A stretch of DNA of 64,000 nucleotides, taken from positions 146,952-210,951 of the forward strand of contig JAQGDQ010000404.1 in the NCBI GenBank assembly GCA_030141605.1, in the 5' to 3' direction. A program made the position numbers and the translations under genes. The notes beneath the pieces are model-generated. The model ran no database searches, was not told the DNA's origin, and worked only from the letters and a program-made list of their open reading frames with translations. This stretch comes from Tubiluchus corallicola. Taxonomy: Eukaryota; Animalia; Priapulida. Shown here piece after piece: positions 27,361-41,949 of the stretch. Numbering within the stretch: the first letter of the stretch is position 1; the number at the start of each line of letters is the position of its first letter.

Positions 27361-29460
27361 CCTTAAAATAATAGTACAAATTTAAATACAAAAAAGTCCA
27401 TACATATTAAATTGTATTATGATGAAAGGGTATTAATGCTTCCTCAATACTTTTTTAATTGTGTTAAAAAGTCAAAAAACTATAGATAATCATGCTAACC
27501 AGTAACAACTTTTGCATTCCAAACAGCCATACAAACAAAAATATTTTTTAGGAAAAAAATGGAAGCCTAATTAACCTTAATGGGATCTATGTGCACAATT
27601 CCAAACAGATGAAAGTTTCAATCATATCAAAAATGTATTTTTTTAATTTAATAAAAGGGAATTATATAATTGTTATTTTCCTGAGGGAGCAGCCATTTTT
27701 GTTTGCAGCATTCACACACGTTTTCAGCCTTTCATTATTCAACTGCTGCTGCCTAGCTGTGACATGTGTCAGGTTAGCAGTTGACGGGACCTGCTTTTTT
27801 AGCAAAAAGAATGGGCAGAGCATGCGCCTAAGTATCAAATATTTCGATTGAGAAAACTGGTACAATGAAAACGTCTGTAGAATTTAAAAATTGCGTTTAT
27901 TAGGTTGGATTCAATAACCATAGTGGGCTTATTTCTAAAAAAAACTATAGTAATGCATATTATTCTATTTAAAAAATTTACTTTTTTACTGAATATCTGA
28001 TCACTAACAGGATGTATAATGTATAGATTCAATTTGATATGTGTAGTATTTAATGCTAACTGCAACTCTATAATATATTATTCCACCCTAACTTATATAA
28101 CTATTTTGTTCAATTGGTTTTTTTATTCTGTCCTGTACTGCTATTTTTTTGATGTCCACTAGTCTATATACTATTATTCCGCCTAACCAGTTACTTGGAA
28201 TGCAACAGTAGTAACACTCATTGTACAAGGTAACTCACACATGTTGCGCGAATTAAAATATATTCAGTGAATAAATTCTTGATGGACAGGGATGCACCTT
28301 ATGTGTGACAGAAACCAGTCCACTGTGCAGTGCCAGCTGTTCTAATGTAAAGTACTTCTGTTTGAATAGAATGTTGTTTATATACTTAAAAGTAAATCTT
28401 AGAACATTCTTCAGTTACTGTCATACATCTCTAATTGTACTTAAGAAGTATTAGCCTTACAGCCAGCAGAACTAGACCTAATATGAGAAATGAACTAGTA
28501 AACAAGTACAAAATGTATTTGTATATAAGTATATAACAAATTTGTGGAACAAAAAACTTTTCAATTTAACTCCCATGCAGATTTTTACAAATAGTCCACA
28601 CTTGGGTTTAAAGTGTTAATTTATTGAAGTTGTTCACTTTAGCTATAGTTCTAGGTGTACTGTCTTGTTTTGCATGAACACTGGATTCTGCCATTAACCT
28701 ATTTTTACATTATGCAAAACCATTCTAAGTTTTTCAAGACTACTTGGGAGAGATGATCCATATCTAGGAGACGTTTTTTTACTTATGGTGCAAATATATT
28801 AGCAGAGGAATCAGATCAAGGCACAGCAGCAAAACACTCAGGTGGGATAGATAGAAGCAGCATCTGATAAATTTATACAAATAAAGCACTATTTTAACTT
28901 TGGGTACTACAAGTGACCAGGCATGATGGAAAACGATTCTACACACATGCGGAATACAGTGAGTACAAAAGTGGTCTAAGGTGCGCTATAGATACAAAAA
29001 TCAAAACTAATACTACTGTGTCAACGCAGAGAGTAAATAAAGAGGACAAGTTAATGTTATAGAACTTAGGTTATTCATCTCAGAGTATAATTTAGTGCTA
29101 TTGGCCACTTCACTCACTGCACTAACTGTTAAGTGCATTATATTTGGATTATGCAAATATAGTCCACGACGAGTAAGTGCACTACCTCCGATCTCTGATT
29201 GCTAGCGGACGATTCTAATCCTTTCTACGCTAAATACAATCATACCAACCCCACCTGCAGCGGACTGATAAAACCCATTCGCTGCTTTAGAAAAACTATG
29301 TTGCTGGTGTGTAACTGCACACACAGCTTTGTATTTCAACGCTTTAATAATTGATACACGATTTTACCTTCATTGATTACAATAAAACACAGAAGCACTG
29401 AAATATCTGTTCAATCATTGCAGTCACAACGATTTTGTCGCCATGCTGGCACAACCACTA

Positions 29461-29479
29461 TGGTGCTGCCACCTAGTAG
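29461..29479 (-). promoter_or_regulatory. CTCF-like motif near the probable MORN4 transcription start
   Basis: Minus strand reads CTACTAGGTGGCAGCACCA, one mismatch from the core CCACYAGRKGGCRS. Probable 5' UTR exon donor AAG|GTAAAAT at 29368. Confidence 0.4.
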
Positions 29480-30967
29480 TAGTAGTAGTACTGGTAAAAA
29501 TTCTTTATTTTCCTTTGAGCCTGCCCTTTGTAAATAAATAGTAAATATGAGGAAACAGTATTAGTTTATAGTAAAAAGCTAATATCGACGTCTTTATTAA
29601 ACAAAATTGTTTATTGTAACCTTATGATCTTAGATTAACAACTTTATTAGCAAGATTTAATTTAAAATTTTAATAAAGGCATGTAGGCATAGATAACTCA
29701 CAATAATTATTATAAAAAATAATAACAGTGATGCAAAAATATGGGTCTATAGATAAAATTTAATTATTAAGTAATACAGAATTTGTATTCCAACCTTGTT
29801 TGAAATGTGAGGTTCATCTGCAACAGTCAAACTAGTGCGTTATTCAGTTATTTTATGGGAAATGCATTATTACTGAGCCCGGTACAACGATAAAATTTCT
29901 CGTAACTGCATAATTAAAATTCTCTTAATAATAAATTCTCCATTTTCTATTCTGTATAGGAAGACAGGAAATGTGAAAAAGTTTCAATTCTTAACCTTTG
30001 TACTATAGATACAATACAAAAAGATACGGCTACATGTGCAGCTACAGATACAGATACAGAATTTTGAAAAGAATCACTCTAGCGATGTGAGCGATCTAAC
30101 ATTGGAAAAGCTAAATTTGGTTAGTCAGCTACATATGGGGTGAACTTTGAAGTTTGGACTGAATATGGTGGCCTAGTAGTCTGGCTTGTACGGAGAAGGT
30201 TCCAAGTTCTGATCCAGACTGTATTCCATTTTTTTCACAGTTCTTATCATCAAAGTTTGCTATCAAAATTTAATTATTTTTGGGCTTGTAGGCCTATTAT
30301 ATGGAATTTAATTGACTCTGAGGTCACTTAATTCTGTTTTGTTAATACAGGAATTGTTGCCATGGTGCATGTATTTTCAGATGCGCAAAATATTTTTAAT
30401 TCGATAATTAACAACTTAATCTGGTTGAAAGGCAACAACTAAAACGTTCTAGATTTTCTTTACTCTGATGCTTACATTTAATAAAGGCATGGGCTTGGTC
30501 TGTTTCAGTTTTCCGGACTGCGCAGTCCTAATGTAAGGCGAATTTATTACACTCCTATATAAAGCTCGTAAAGAACTCAGGAACTTTCGGGCCAGGGAAA
30601 ATGATTAAATGTCCACCTAGGTTCTCAAAAATAGGCATAACTTTGAGACATACTTATTGTCTAGGCATAGCAAACATAAGAGTGAGAAAAGGAATGAGAA
30701 ACGCTTTAAGGAGCGTCCATTATCTTACCTTCCTGGAAGTTTTATATCTAGACCGCCACATAGATTTGGGAAAAATCCAGTAGTCACGTGGCAGGCTACG
30801 TCTCATCCCGAAATAAACCGTTTGAGAAATGTGATATGGGAGTAGAAGAATTTGAGTTCAACATCCGCCTTTCCCTGACTTGTACAGAACCGTTACGCTG
30901 TCTCTCTTCAGCATAGCTTTTTTATTTTTGTGCTTATTTTACAGTTTCTGAACGATTTTTTTCCAAA

Positions 30968-30970
30968 ATG
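30968..30970 (+). CDS. Alpha-tubulin exon 1 (ATG only); spliced gene 30968-35767, 449 aa
   Basis: CAAAATG|GTAAGC: the classic ATG-only first coding exon of metazoan alpha-tubulins. Confidence 0.85.
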
Positions 30971-32600
30971 GTAAGCAGCAAATTCGTTTTCACGTTATTA
31001 ATGTTACATTTTCTTTACGATTATGTTTATTAAATTTCATACCGTCTGTTAATTTCAAAAAATTTGTTTAGTACTAGTAATGAAAGCGCCGCGTATTATC
31101 CTGCTTTTATTTTTTTCTTGGAAAAGGTTGTGCGATACTGTGAAACTCAAAGCCTCTCCAGAAAATGTAATCATTGCAAACCTTGCACACTTCACGCGCT
31201 ATAAATTTTGCAAATACAAGAGTGATTTTAATTTAGCGAAACTGCGTTAAGCCTATTTCACTGAATCTATATCTGGATTAATTTATTGGTGTGCAAAACT
31301 TTGTGTTTTGCTATATTTCACGCCTGCAGCATGCAGACTATTCAGATTGTTAAGATGAACTGTCTCCTTATGGATATTAGCTAGGACAAACAGAGGTGCT
31401 TAAGTAAAAAGTTTCATATTAGTGGTGGTTTTAGTTTCAAATTTCAATTCTATTTACAGTAGTTGTTAAACGCAAGCCTATTAGGCCTATACGTGTATGG
31501 ATAAAATTTACTTGGTGCCAAGATTTGCACCGTGAATTGAATTTTTGACTGTAAGTAAGGCATATAATAATTTTGCAGTTAATTTCTTAACTTCGTAAAT
31601 TAAAATGGCATTGGTACGTTTGCTAATAAAAGGCGGTGTCGTTTATTTTGTCTTTTTCTTAGTTTATAAAAATGCAGCAAGTGTTTCATAGGAGGCTGTT
31701 GTCCTTTTGTCACTCATTTCGCTGTTGGCTTCCATGCTCAGTAGACATTGAGATATACCAGTATGAAAATCCCTTAAGCCAAGTTTGGGCTAGGCTATAG
31801 GTCAACAGGTCGAACCACATCTGCGAAACATTCTCTGCGTTTTCTTTCTTTTCAGTGAACTATGTTTATCCAAACAGGGGAAAACTCTCGTTAATTAACT
31901 GGTACATAAACAGAGAGCCGAACATTAAGTAAAGCACATTTCAAGCACCATAATGCAAAGGTATCCGTGCTGATGTTATATGAGCTAGCAAAAAACATCC
32001 TACAACGTGTAATATATATATTAAGAAACACAATTTGAACCAGTGAAAGTTCATTTTGATGAGGCGGTTTTAAGACCTGGTGAGACTGTGTTGCTGCCAT
32101 GTCAGGGTACAGGTGGTGTTATTTTTACAGTAACTGGATGTTAGATTTTTGCTTAACTGTCACTAGACACATTCATTTCCATAAATTATTCATGTCTTCA
32201 AAAGTTGTTTACGAATTAGAAAGTTGTATAAATAAATGAAGGAAAGCGAAATAAGTGACAGCTACGTTTCTGGTTAATTAGAAGTGTTTAGTGGCTTAAT
32301 TATAATGGTTTAATCAATGCTACCTGAATTTAGGTCATGAAGGAATCGATTTATTTTAAAGTTCTTTCTACGGTAAAGTTGGACATTTTGGTGTCTCCAA
32401 ATCTATTATTCTCGCCTTTTGGTATTTGAAGCATACATTATTCTACATAAAATTTTCATCATGACATATATGCGAGGCCTGAGTTTGTCAAAATGGGAAG
32501 TTGGGATCTGATCCCAATGCTCGGTTTTACAAAAATCAGATAAAAGGCATTGTAGGTAGGACTAGAGGCCAAACCGCTGACTTGACTGTATAATTAATGA

Positions 32601-32870
<270 letters not shown>

Positions 32871-33164
32871 TAGTTTACCTGTTCGCATGTCTGTCCTTGT
32901 TTGTGAGCACATTTCTAACTTGTTTGATGATTTACGTCTTAGTTGATTGGTAAAATTAAACTAATTATTATATTTTTGTATAGTTGCGTATGTACACTGT
33001 TGATTGAAATCCAGCACCGAACGGAAAGGTCTACTTAATGTGATTGCGATGAGGCTGAAACTTTGCTCGTTATCAAAGCCACACCTCTAAGACGAGACAC
33101 TAAGCTGGCAAATGTGTTTTTCCTACGTTTGATGCGAGTATACCTCTTTCAATGAGAGAAACAA

Positions 33165-33320
33165 CCATTACTCATCCATTCTCTGACCAGCCGCAACATT
33201 GCTTAATTTCACTCACTAAGTGCACGCAAATCTAGAACAAATATTGAATTTGGCGGTTACCTATCCAGTCACTGAACAGCCTCAACGTTGCTTAAATTCA
33301 GTCACTAAGTGCTCACACTG
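33165..33320 (-). mobile_element. Two tandem degenerate 5S-rRNA-derived (SINE3-like) segments
   Basis: Minus strand GACTGAATTTAAGCAACGTTGAGGCTGTTCAGTGACTGGATAGGTAACCG resembles the 5S internal control region (AAGCTAAGCAGGGTCGGGCCTGGTTAGTACTTGGATGGGAGACCG). Second copy about 90 bp away. Confidence 0.55.
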
Positions 33321-33860
33321 AGTACTCTGCTGTTTCTCACAATTCGGTCATTAGATTTTAGTCATAGGATTTGCCATTTTCAAAGTGAACTAATAGTCAT
33401 GATGAGGCAAATTCTATTTCTCTGGCCATGCGTAATCATATCTTCAGCTTCTGATTATAGCTCATTATTCAGTTGAGTGGTCATTAACTTGTTTGAGGCG
33501 ATTTGTAAAAAAATAATCATTAAACTGTTATAGCTAGGGTCTGTAGATCAGTCGCATATTTGAGCTTGTTGAGGCACCAATATGCTGCTAATTTATGAAA
33601 AGTTGAGGGTACATGTATATCAAACATTTTCCTCACAGTAGGTGTGTTCTGCTTTCCTCTACGTTATCGTATATCATAATGCTCCTCAATTTAATCTTTA
33701 TATACATAAATTGCCAAATTTTTTACCCAAATTGTATGCCTTCGTATGAAATATAGATTAAACGAAATGTCTTTCTGAGTTGACTTTTCGTGAACTTGAC
33801 ATTTCGTGAATTCACATGTATTATCGATTGTTTTTTGATCGCTATAAATCTCGTTAACAG

Positions 33861-34009
33861 GTGAAATCCGCACAGGTGCATATCGTCAACTATTCCACCC
33901 TGAGCAACTGATAAGTGGGAAAGAGGACGCAGCGAATAATTACGCACGTGGTCACTACACGGTCGGAAAGGAAATTATTGATGTGGTCATTGAAAAGATT
34001 AGAAAATTG
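33861..34009 (+). CDS. Alpha-tubulin exon 3
   Basis: TTAACAG|GT, then [49 protein letters not shown], 149 nt. Donor TTG|GTAAAC. Confidence 0.96.
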
Positions 34010-34448
34010 GTAAACAACGCATTTTTAATTGGTTTGCGTCTTACAGCACTTGAAAGAACCAAAATTTAGGGAACTTGCAAATTTGTTCTTACTTGCATAA
34101 ACTGCCTTACTGGTATTAAGCTCCTGTATGACCAAATATAATACATCTAGCCCCCCCCCCCCCCATTACATTAGGCACTTAATTGAAAAAAAATGAGCAT
34201 TAAGGTACTGGAGAGATAGTCACATTTCGATTTGGGTCTGAACTTTGGTGGGCAAGTAGCTAACTAATTCTAGTCGCACCTAAGCAGGTGTTGATGCCAC
34301 TGGCAGGTCCTTGAAGGGTAAGCAAAAGTAAATGGAATCCTTATGTTGCTAAAAAATTGCTGAGATGCAATGAACAATCGGAAAACCAAAATTTACTTTT
34401 ATTATGTATTTCGACTACTAACCCAGTTTTTGGCTGTTTTGCATATAG

Positions 34449-34610
<162 letters not shown>

Positions 34611-34649
34611 TAGGCAGATAGAGCCACCTTTATCATTTTATTATCTATG

Positions 34650-34780
34650 TTAATCATCATCATCATCATAATCATCATCATCATTGTCATCAGCACTATC
34701 ATTATCATCATCACCTTCAACATGAAATCCTCGTTATCATTATCGTCGTCATTGTTGCCATCATATGTCATCGTAATCAT
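34650..34780. repeat. Degenerate (CAT)n microsatellite in alpha-tubulin intron 4
   Basis: ATCATCATC runs. Confidence 0.85.
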
Positions 34781-34915
34781 AGAGGTAATTCTCTGCAAGG
34801 CATCTCGGCCATAATGTGTAGTTTCGGAACTAACTGTTAAATTTCACATCGTGTGCAAGATGGCATAGTTTGGTAGTTTAACTGCAAAGATATTCCAATA
34901 ATTCATGTTTAATAA

Positions 34916-35767
<852 letters not shown>

Positions 35768-37780
35768 AAAGTTTATCAATGAAAACTCTTTTGTTGTGAA
35801 ATAGTTTAACCTATCCTTTAAGTCTGATGCATACCAATGGGATCTTAACTACTACAGATATTTTCGGAATCAGCTTTTTTGATAATTCAGTTGACGCTGT
35901 CAGTAGTATTTTTCTTGAACACTTTCGATTGTCTTGCTACCTTCAGTGTCTAATTCTCAAACCCATAACATATAAAAAAGTACAAGCAAACAGAAGCTAC
36001 TCAAAGAACCGGAAGCAGGAAATTTTAGTGGGAAATTGCACTTGACTAGCTCTGCATTTTTGACACCAATAAACGGGCTGGAAATTACTGGGCTGATAAC
36101 TATAACGAAAACAGAAAATATGTGATGTGAAATGAACAAATTTGTATCAGTCATTCCTGACGAATATTTCTGATCACGTGATGATGAGGTGTCGAAAATA
36201 TTAAGACGAAAAATGCAAATTGGCTATTAAGTTTTCCAAATTAATATCAGTACTACGACGATTTAATCAGCTACTGTGCAAAATCAAAATTCTACTACAC
36301 TTGCACACTAGAATTTATTAAAGCATATTAACATGTATGTAAAGTGATTTTGATGGTGTATATTTCAAAATTTATGAGACATACCCAACATTTTCATATA
36401 CATTATACATAATTTGATACATCTAGATACAGAGTCATCGTAACTTTGTCTCCGTGTCAACAACAATTGCATTGTGATTAAATTTTAATAAACACGTCAT
36501 AAAATTACCTATATGGCTTATTGACTGCTCTGCATTCTGTTTGTGTTTAATTCGCAACGGCGGATGCCCTTTTTATAGAAAAGTGCAAGGCATGAATGTT
36601 CCCGCTCAACACGCTTTCAACCCGAATAATCTAAAATGTTTTCAGACTTCCATGTGAAGTAATTTGAAACCATTTTCAACACCTTTTGCACCAAAATCTT
36701 CTGAGTGGCGTTACGCCATTGCAACGGTCAATAATCTACATGCATACTGCATAACGCACCTTCTGTTTGTTTTAAAACGCGGTTTGGCCTGTCACCGTTT
36801 GAAAAAACGTTTTGCTCACAACGTTTGAAACCATTTTGCCACGTGAAAAGGAATATGAATTTTTTGTAATTATACCAAAGTTAGTTCTTAGAATGGCAAA
36901 AGGAAAGAATAAACACGCATGAAATGGCAATGAACAATAAATAATAAACAAAGATGTAACGAACAAAAGTTACCTTGATTAACTTGTTTATACCTGTTAC
37001 AAATCGTCCTACAATGAAAAAAGACGTTCTAATTATTTTTGTCACAAATTTATTCGAAGTTTACAACAATGTTCAATTATAGGCCAGCTTACTGAAAAGA
37101 CAAAAAAAAAATAAAAACTAACAAAATAACTAGTGCGAAATGGGTAATAAAAAAATCGTTAAACGTCCCTTGAAAAAAGAAACATGTTAACAGAAACTAC
37201 CAAAAACGTTTCAACGTCTGTGATTTTAATTCTTTTTTGTACGAATAAATAATAAATTATGGCCGAATGACTAACCATTCTAGACGTTATGTTGCGTCAT
37301 CTTGTTTTCACGTAGATAAAACCGGCTCTCATTATATTTTACATAATTTTTTTATCAACGTGTAAATTTTATAATTATTACATGACCACTAACAAAAATG
37401 CACGTTTTGAAAAATTTTGATAATCGTCAAACTTATATAGCAAAATAGTTCTTAACTAGTTAATATGCTGATAACGTTTTCGTAACATGCAAAATATTCC
37501 AAAACTTAAGTTATGAGATTACTGATAAAAAGTAAGGCACAAAATAAAAGTCGCTTTTAACACGCACATCTATATTTGTTACAATTCTGCTTTCTTTGTA
37601 AGTATTTTACGACGATTTTCAAAACCATAATAACGTTTTAATCCATCGCAAGAAGACCTTTTCCAGCGCTTCACAGCAAAATGTCACATTTTGTATCTCA
37701 AAAGGGCTAAGATAAAACATAGTGTGCGTCGCCATTGGCGAAATAGATGGTTAAACGTTTTTCTTCGCCATTTTATGAAG

Positions 37781-37959
37781 TCACAGAACTAACAAAAGAA
37801 AAACGAAGAGGAGTGACGGTAGCATTTGAGATGCAGTATTGCATAATTCTTCCACGCAGTAGCAAGATCTGAGGGGTTGACCTGGAATAGGTTCTTCCAG
37901 TTCACAACCAATGTGTTGCGGTGGGATTGTCTCGCAGGTACGAGACATATAGGTGATAC
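37781..37959 (-). CDS. Ly6/uPAR three-finger (quiver/sleepless-like) protein, exon 3
   Basis: Acceptor TTTTTAG|GT, then ITYMSRTC...GC...SCYCVEELCN (CxC..xCN signature) and hydrophobic GPI-signal-like tail LLFVFLLLVL*. Confidence 0.82.
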
Positions 37960-39028
37960 CTAAAAACAAAACAATTACATAAGACACCATTACTTGAGAA
38001 GCAAGGTGAGGTCATCTTGAGGTACTCAAGATAAAAAATGTTCCACACCATACATAAGCAGCTTTCAGTCCGCCAGCCAGTACTGTGCGTATAGCAGCGC
38101 ATGAACAAGAAAATCACTTCGAAAGTTCGCAATGCAATAGTTACTTTTGGTTGGTGCTAAGGGACTTGACTATTGGTGTAAGAGTTTTGGTTGTTTGGTT
38201 GCTCGAAATTGAATAGGTTCGAGAAGGGCTGCTGTTGCCATTTAAGCGCGCTAAAACACACGTCAGTTATGTTTCCTTATATAAAAATAGGAGTGACTGT
38301 TGATTTGACTGCAAAAACAGCGCTTTTTGCTTTCTTACATGGAGGACATCTTGGATATTGTCGAACATTACTTACATAGTAATGCGCAACGTAACAACTG
38401 TCTTCCATGACACGAAAAACATCCATGGGTGTAGTCACTTAATTAGGCATGTTTGATCAATATACTGTTTTTGTACAGATGCATGACGCTATATTGAAAT
38501 TCAACATGGTGCCGTAATGTGCATACATCCGGGTTGGCAATAAATCAAAAATTGATACAGTTACGTATGTTTTAACATGTCTATGCCAAATTTCATGCCT
38601 TTAACATAACAAATGCACGATTTTAGCTAAGCTGCTCACTACAAATGACAGTCACAATACAGGATCTCAGCCACTTGCAGAGAATTACATTAAGAATAGT
38701 GCCTATACATTGTTGTTAATTTAGTTGTTGCATAAGTGAAAAATTGACATTAAGCGGGTTTGCCTATTATTAGGTTTGATGGTTGTTTACAGAAAAGAAT
38801 TAGTCTAGCTTAATGTTGTGCTGACAAGAGACAAATCATCCGGCAAAAGAGCTTTTATTTGACAGAAAATAATTCGTTCTACTAGAATTGTGGATTAAGA
38901 CTATTAAATGCCGTCATACTTGCATAGGAACATAATTGGCTAAATGCTGATGATGACGACGTTGATAACAACAAGAATACAAGAATAGCCAGCTATAAGG
39001 AATGAAGTTTGGACTGCTTTGATCACAG

Positions 39029-39103
39029 GGGAGTACAGTTGCCTAGTGGTGTAAGGCGTCTGCTTTGTAAGCAGAAGATCCTTGGTTTAAATTTGCTGCC
39101 TTT
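39029..39103 (+). mobile_element. Degenerate tRNA-Thr(TGT)-derived SINE head or tRNA pseudogene
   Basis: A-box-like TTGCCTAGTGG; anticodon arm TCTGC-TTTGTAA-GCAGA; degenerate B box GGTTTAAATT; no convincing acceptor stem. Confidence 0.5.
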
Positions 39104-39244
39104 CAAGTTTGTTATCAAAATTTAATTAATTGTGGACTTGTACAACCATCAGCTTGGGTTTTCGCAGCTTGACTAAGTTCAAATTTTAGGCAGTAGACTG
39201 TCTACAATTGGGGGTGGGATGGGGTGCTATTTTGGATGCTTCAC

Positions 39245-39475
39245 CCTGGCGGATTGTACCTTCATCTTCTGATTCAAACCACTTCTTTCCACAAGCTTCA
39301 CAGCCGGGCAGCGAAACATCATCATTGTAGATATCAATGCAGTGGATGTTATTTTCAATTTCTTCTGTGCCGTCCTTCGGATATTTGCACAGATAGCAAG
39401 ACAGTTTATCCTTTGTCACTTGCTTGGACTCTTCAGAAGTAGTTGTAATTGACGTTATCGATGCCTGACACACAG
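39245..39475 (-). CDS. Ly6/three-finger protein, exon 2
   Basis: Acceptor TTTCAG|CT, then LSCYLC...HC...GCEACGKK (LxCYxC start of an LU domain). Donor G|GTGAAG. Confidence 0.82.
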
Positions 39476-39619
39476 CTGAAATGAAAAAAAGTACATGGCG
39501 ATGATAGTGACGTTTTTGCGACAACATCCTATTGCAGAGTGCAGCTGCATTTGGGTAACAGCAGGAGTTGAGGTTTCAGTACAAATCCTCAGTTATTTTT
39601 TATTTATTAACTTTCTTAT

Positions 39620-40030
39620 TCACTCACATTCGCTCACTGATTCATTCATTAACGCTCACCCACTCGTCCCTTCACTGGCCCTCACCCGTTTATTTTTCAC
39701 TCACTCACACACACACTCTCTCTCTCTCTCTCTCTCTTACACACACACGCGCACACGCACGCACGCATGCACACACACACACACACTCATACATACGCAC
39801 TCACGCACCCACTCATACACGCACTCATACTTATTTTTTTAATTGTTCGTACGTTTATTTAATTGTCCAATCATTAACACAGTTCTTTAAACTTTCACTC
39901 GTTCACCACCTTAATAATTTAGTTTCACTTATCCGTTCATTGTTTTACATGTGCATTCGTTCGTTCGTTCGTTTGCTTGTTCGTTCGGTTCGCTCGCACG
40001 CCTCGTTCATTTGCTTTTTTATTCATTCTA
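39620..40030. repeat. Compound microsatellite (CATT)/(CT)n/(CA)n/(TTCG)n
   Basis: Visible CT, CA, CACG and TTCG runs. Confidence 0.9.
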
Positions 40031-40431
40031 CTAGTGATCTCACCGATACATTCGTTCATTTATGAAGCGCTGGAGAGAGAGAAAGAAAAAGAAAGGCAGA
40101 GAGCAACAAAGGAAGAAGAAGAACGAGAGATAGATAACAGTTTTTAGGAACCTGCTCACATTTACCTGTCTTCATTTCGTCACATAAAAATCCAACAAAA
40201 TGCCCCTGGACCTGGAGAGCCACACATTACAAATTATAAAATCAATGTTAAGATACCAAAGTTTGTTTTTTCAAGAGTGAAAGCGCTCTCACAACATAAG
40301 CTATATAGACTTATAAGACCTAAACTAAAGTAAACAAAATTATCTACTATTGATCTCAATTCTGAAGATGAAAAATTTATTTTATACAGTGTTTGTAGCC
40401 CACACAACAATGATAACCTAATTAAACTTAC

Positions 40432-40510
40432 CTAAATCAAGCAAAAGCAAAATTGTTGCTCCAGAAAATAGTGTAAGTATCGTTTGGACCTGCGTGAAAT
40501 CTTTGAACAT
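40432..40510 (-). CDS. Ly6/three-finger protein, exon 1 (signal peptide); spliced product 162 aa
   Basis: MFKDFTQVQTILTLFSGATILLLLDL, phase-1 donor G|GTAAGT. 79+231+179 = 489 nt in frame. Confidence 0.72.
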
Positions 40511-41871
40511 GTTATTTGCAGTCTTTAAATTTCTGTTTTGAACGTAGTTAAAACGCTGGTTGAGACACAAAATGGAAGTCTACAGAACTTCTTAGTAACA
40601 CCACATAAACGCGTTTTAGAAATTAGTTATTCCTGCTAATGATTTAGCTCTACATTACCGAATTATATACAGACTGCTGCGGATGATTGACAGGCAAAAT
40701 TGACAGTGTGGATTACAAAAAGCATACGATCATAACAAAGTTATGTCGATGTTTCAAATGACTGGCCTATTTACCAGAAGGTGGATCTTTGTCACTCTAG
40801 TTAAAACAATTAACTTAAAAGTAGCAGTCAATAACAACAAAACGAGTTAAGTTTTAACTTGTTCACAAAATGGTTCCTGAGTATATGCAAGACCGCTCAC
40901 ATTAATTATGCGGATTATATATCCCTTGTATATGCTTTCAGTTGTCAAATGCATGGTTTCATGCGCAGCTAAGGTAAGCTGATAAATATTGTATTAGCCA
41001 TGAGAGTTTTTCAAGCGATGTGCCATCGTTGCTACATGTATAATGACACTTTTACGTGCTGCAGAAATGATATTTCCATGAAATCTGTTACATTAGCTAA
41101 ACCTTTTGCTGATATTTAGATGACCTTTGGAGCGTAGAATAAAGATAACTTAATTTATTACCATAACTAAATTAGATCACGCTTCAAAGGCCATTTACGT
41201 AGCTATAAATAGTTTCACCAAAACAGTTTGACCTGCGATGATTAGTTATGTGAGAAATAATAAAGCAACAAAAACAACAGCTATTGTTGATAGCAACATG
41301 GGTACCTCTTTAATGCTTAGGTTTCAGTGTTGTCATCATGTACCATGTTGTTATCTAAAACATAGCCATTGTTTTTGTTACATTATAAGAGTAGTCCCAA
41401 AGTCATCAAGGTCCCAAAGAACAAATCAGTTGCGGAGATGTTTAGAATAATTAGTTTAATTTTAGAAAATAAACAGCCAAAAGATCCATGCGCTGCTAAT
41501 GGTTTTATCATTCGCTTCCTAAGAATCAAAATGTCAACTATTGTAGTACTTTGATTGTGTCACTGGATTTAAAAAAAGAGCATGGTTAGTATATACCAAG
41601 CTAAAGTACAATAGCGGTTGCCCCTTTCTGATGAAATGCTTTCTGAACGTCCTTAATAAGGGTTCTTTAACTAGTTTTTCATCAGCTTTTCTTCACACTC
41701 ATAACTGGTAAGCTGCACAAATCTCTGTGAGAACACCACAGAGAAATTCAATAACTTCTTAATATGTGACCGTTTTACAATGAACAAAATAAAGTTAAAG
41801 TTAAATTCCGACAGTTACGAAATACTTTTTGTTGTCAGCTGGTAAGTTGGTTTTGTGAATTTGGGCATGGA

Positions 41872-41949
41872 TTGCAACGTGTGAACGTTTTGGCAACTTC
41901 ATTTGCGACAAGTTGCACAACAAGTTGCCAAACTGTTCACATGTTGCAA
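41872..41949. repeat. Near-perfect inverted repeat (27-bp arms), likely a MITE remnant
   Basis: TTGCAACGTGTGAACGTTTTGGCAACT ... AGTTGCCAAACTGTTCACATGTTGCAA. Confidence 0.8.

Noticed and set aside
39029-39103. Functional tRNA-Thr gene
   Set aside because: Acceptor stem and T-arm/B box are broken, so it is treated as a SINE head or pseudogene.
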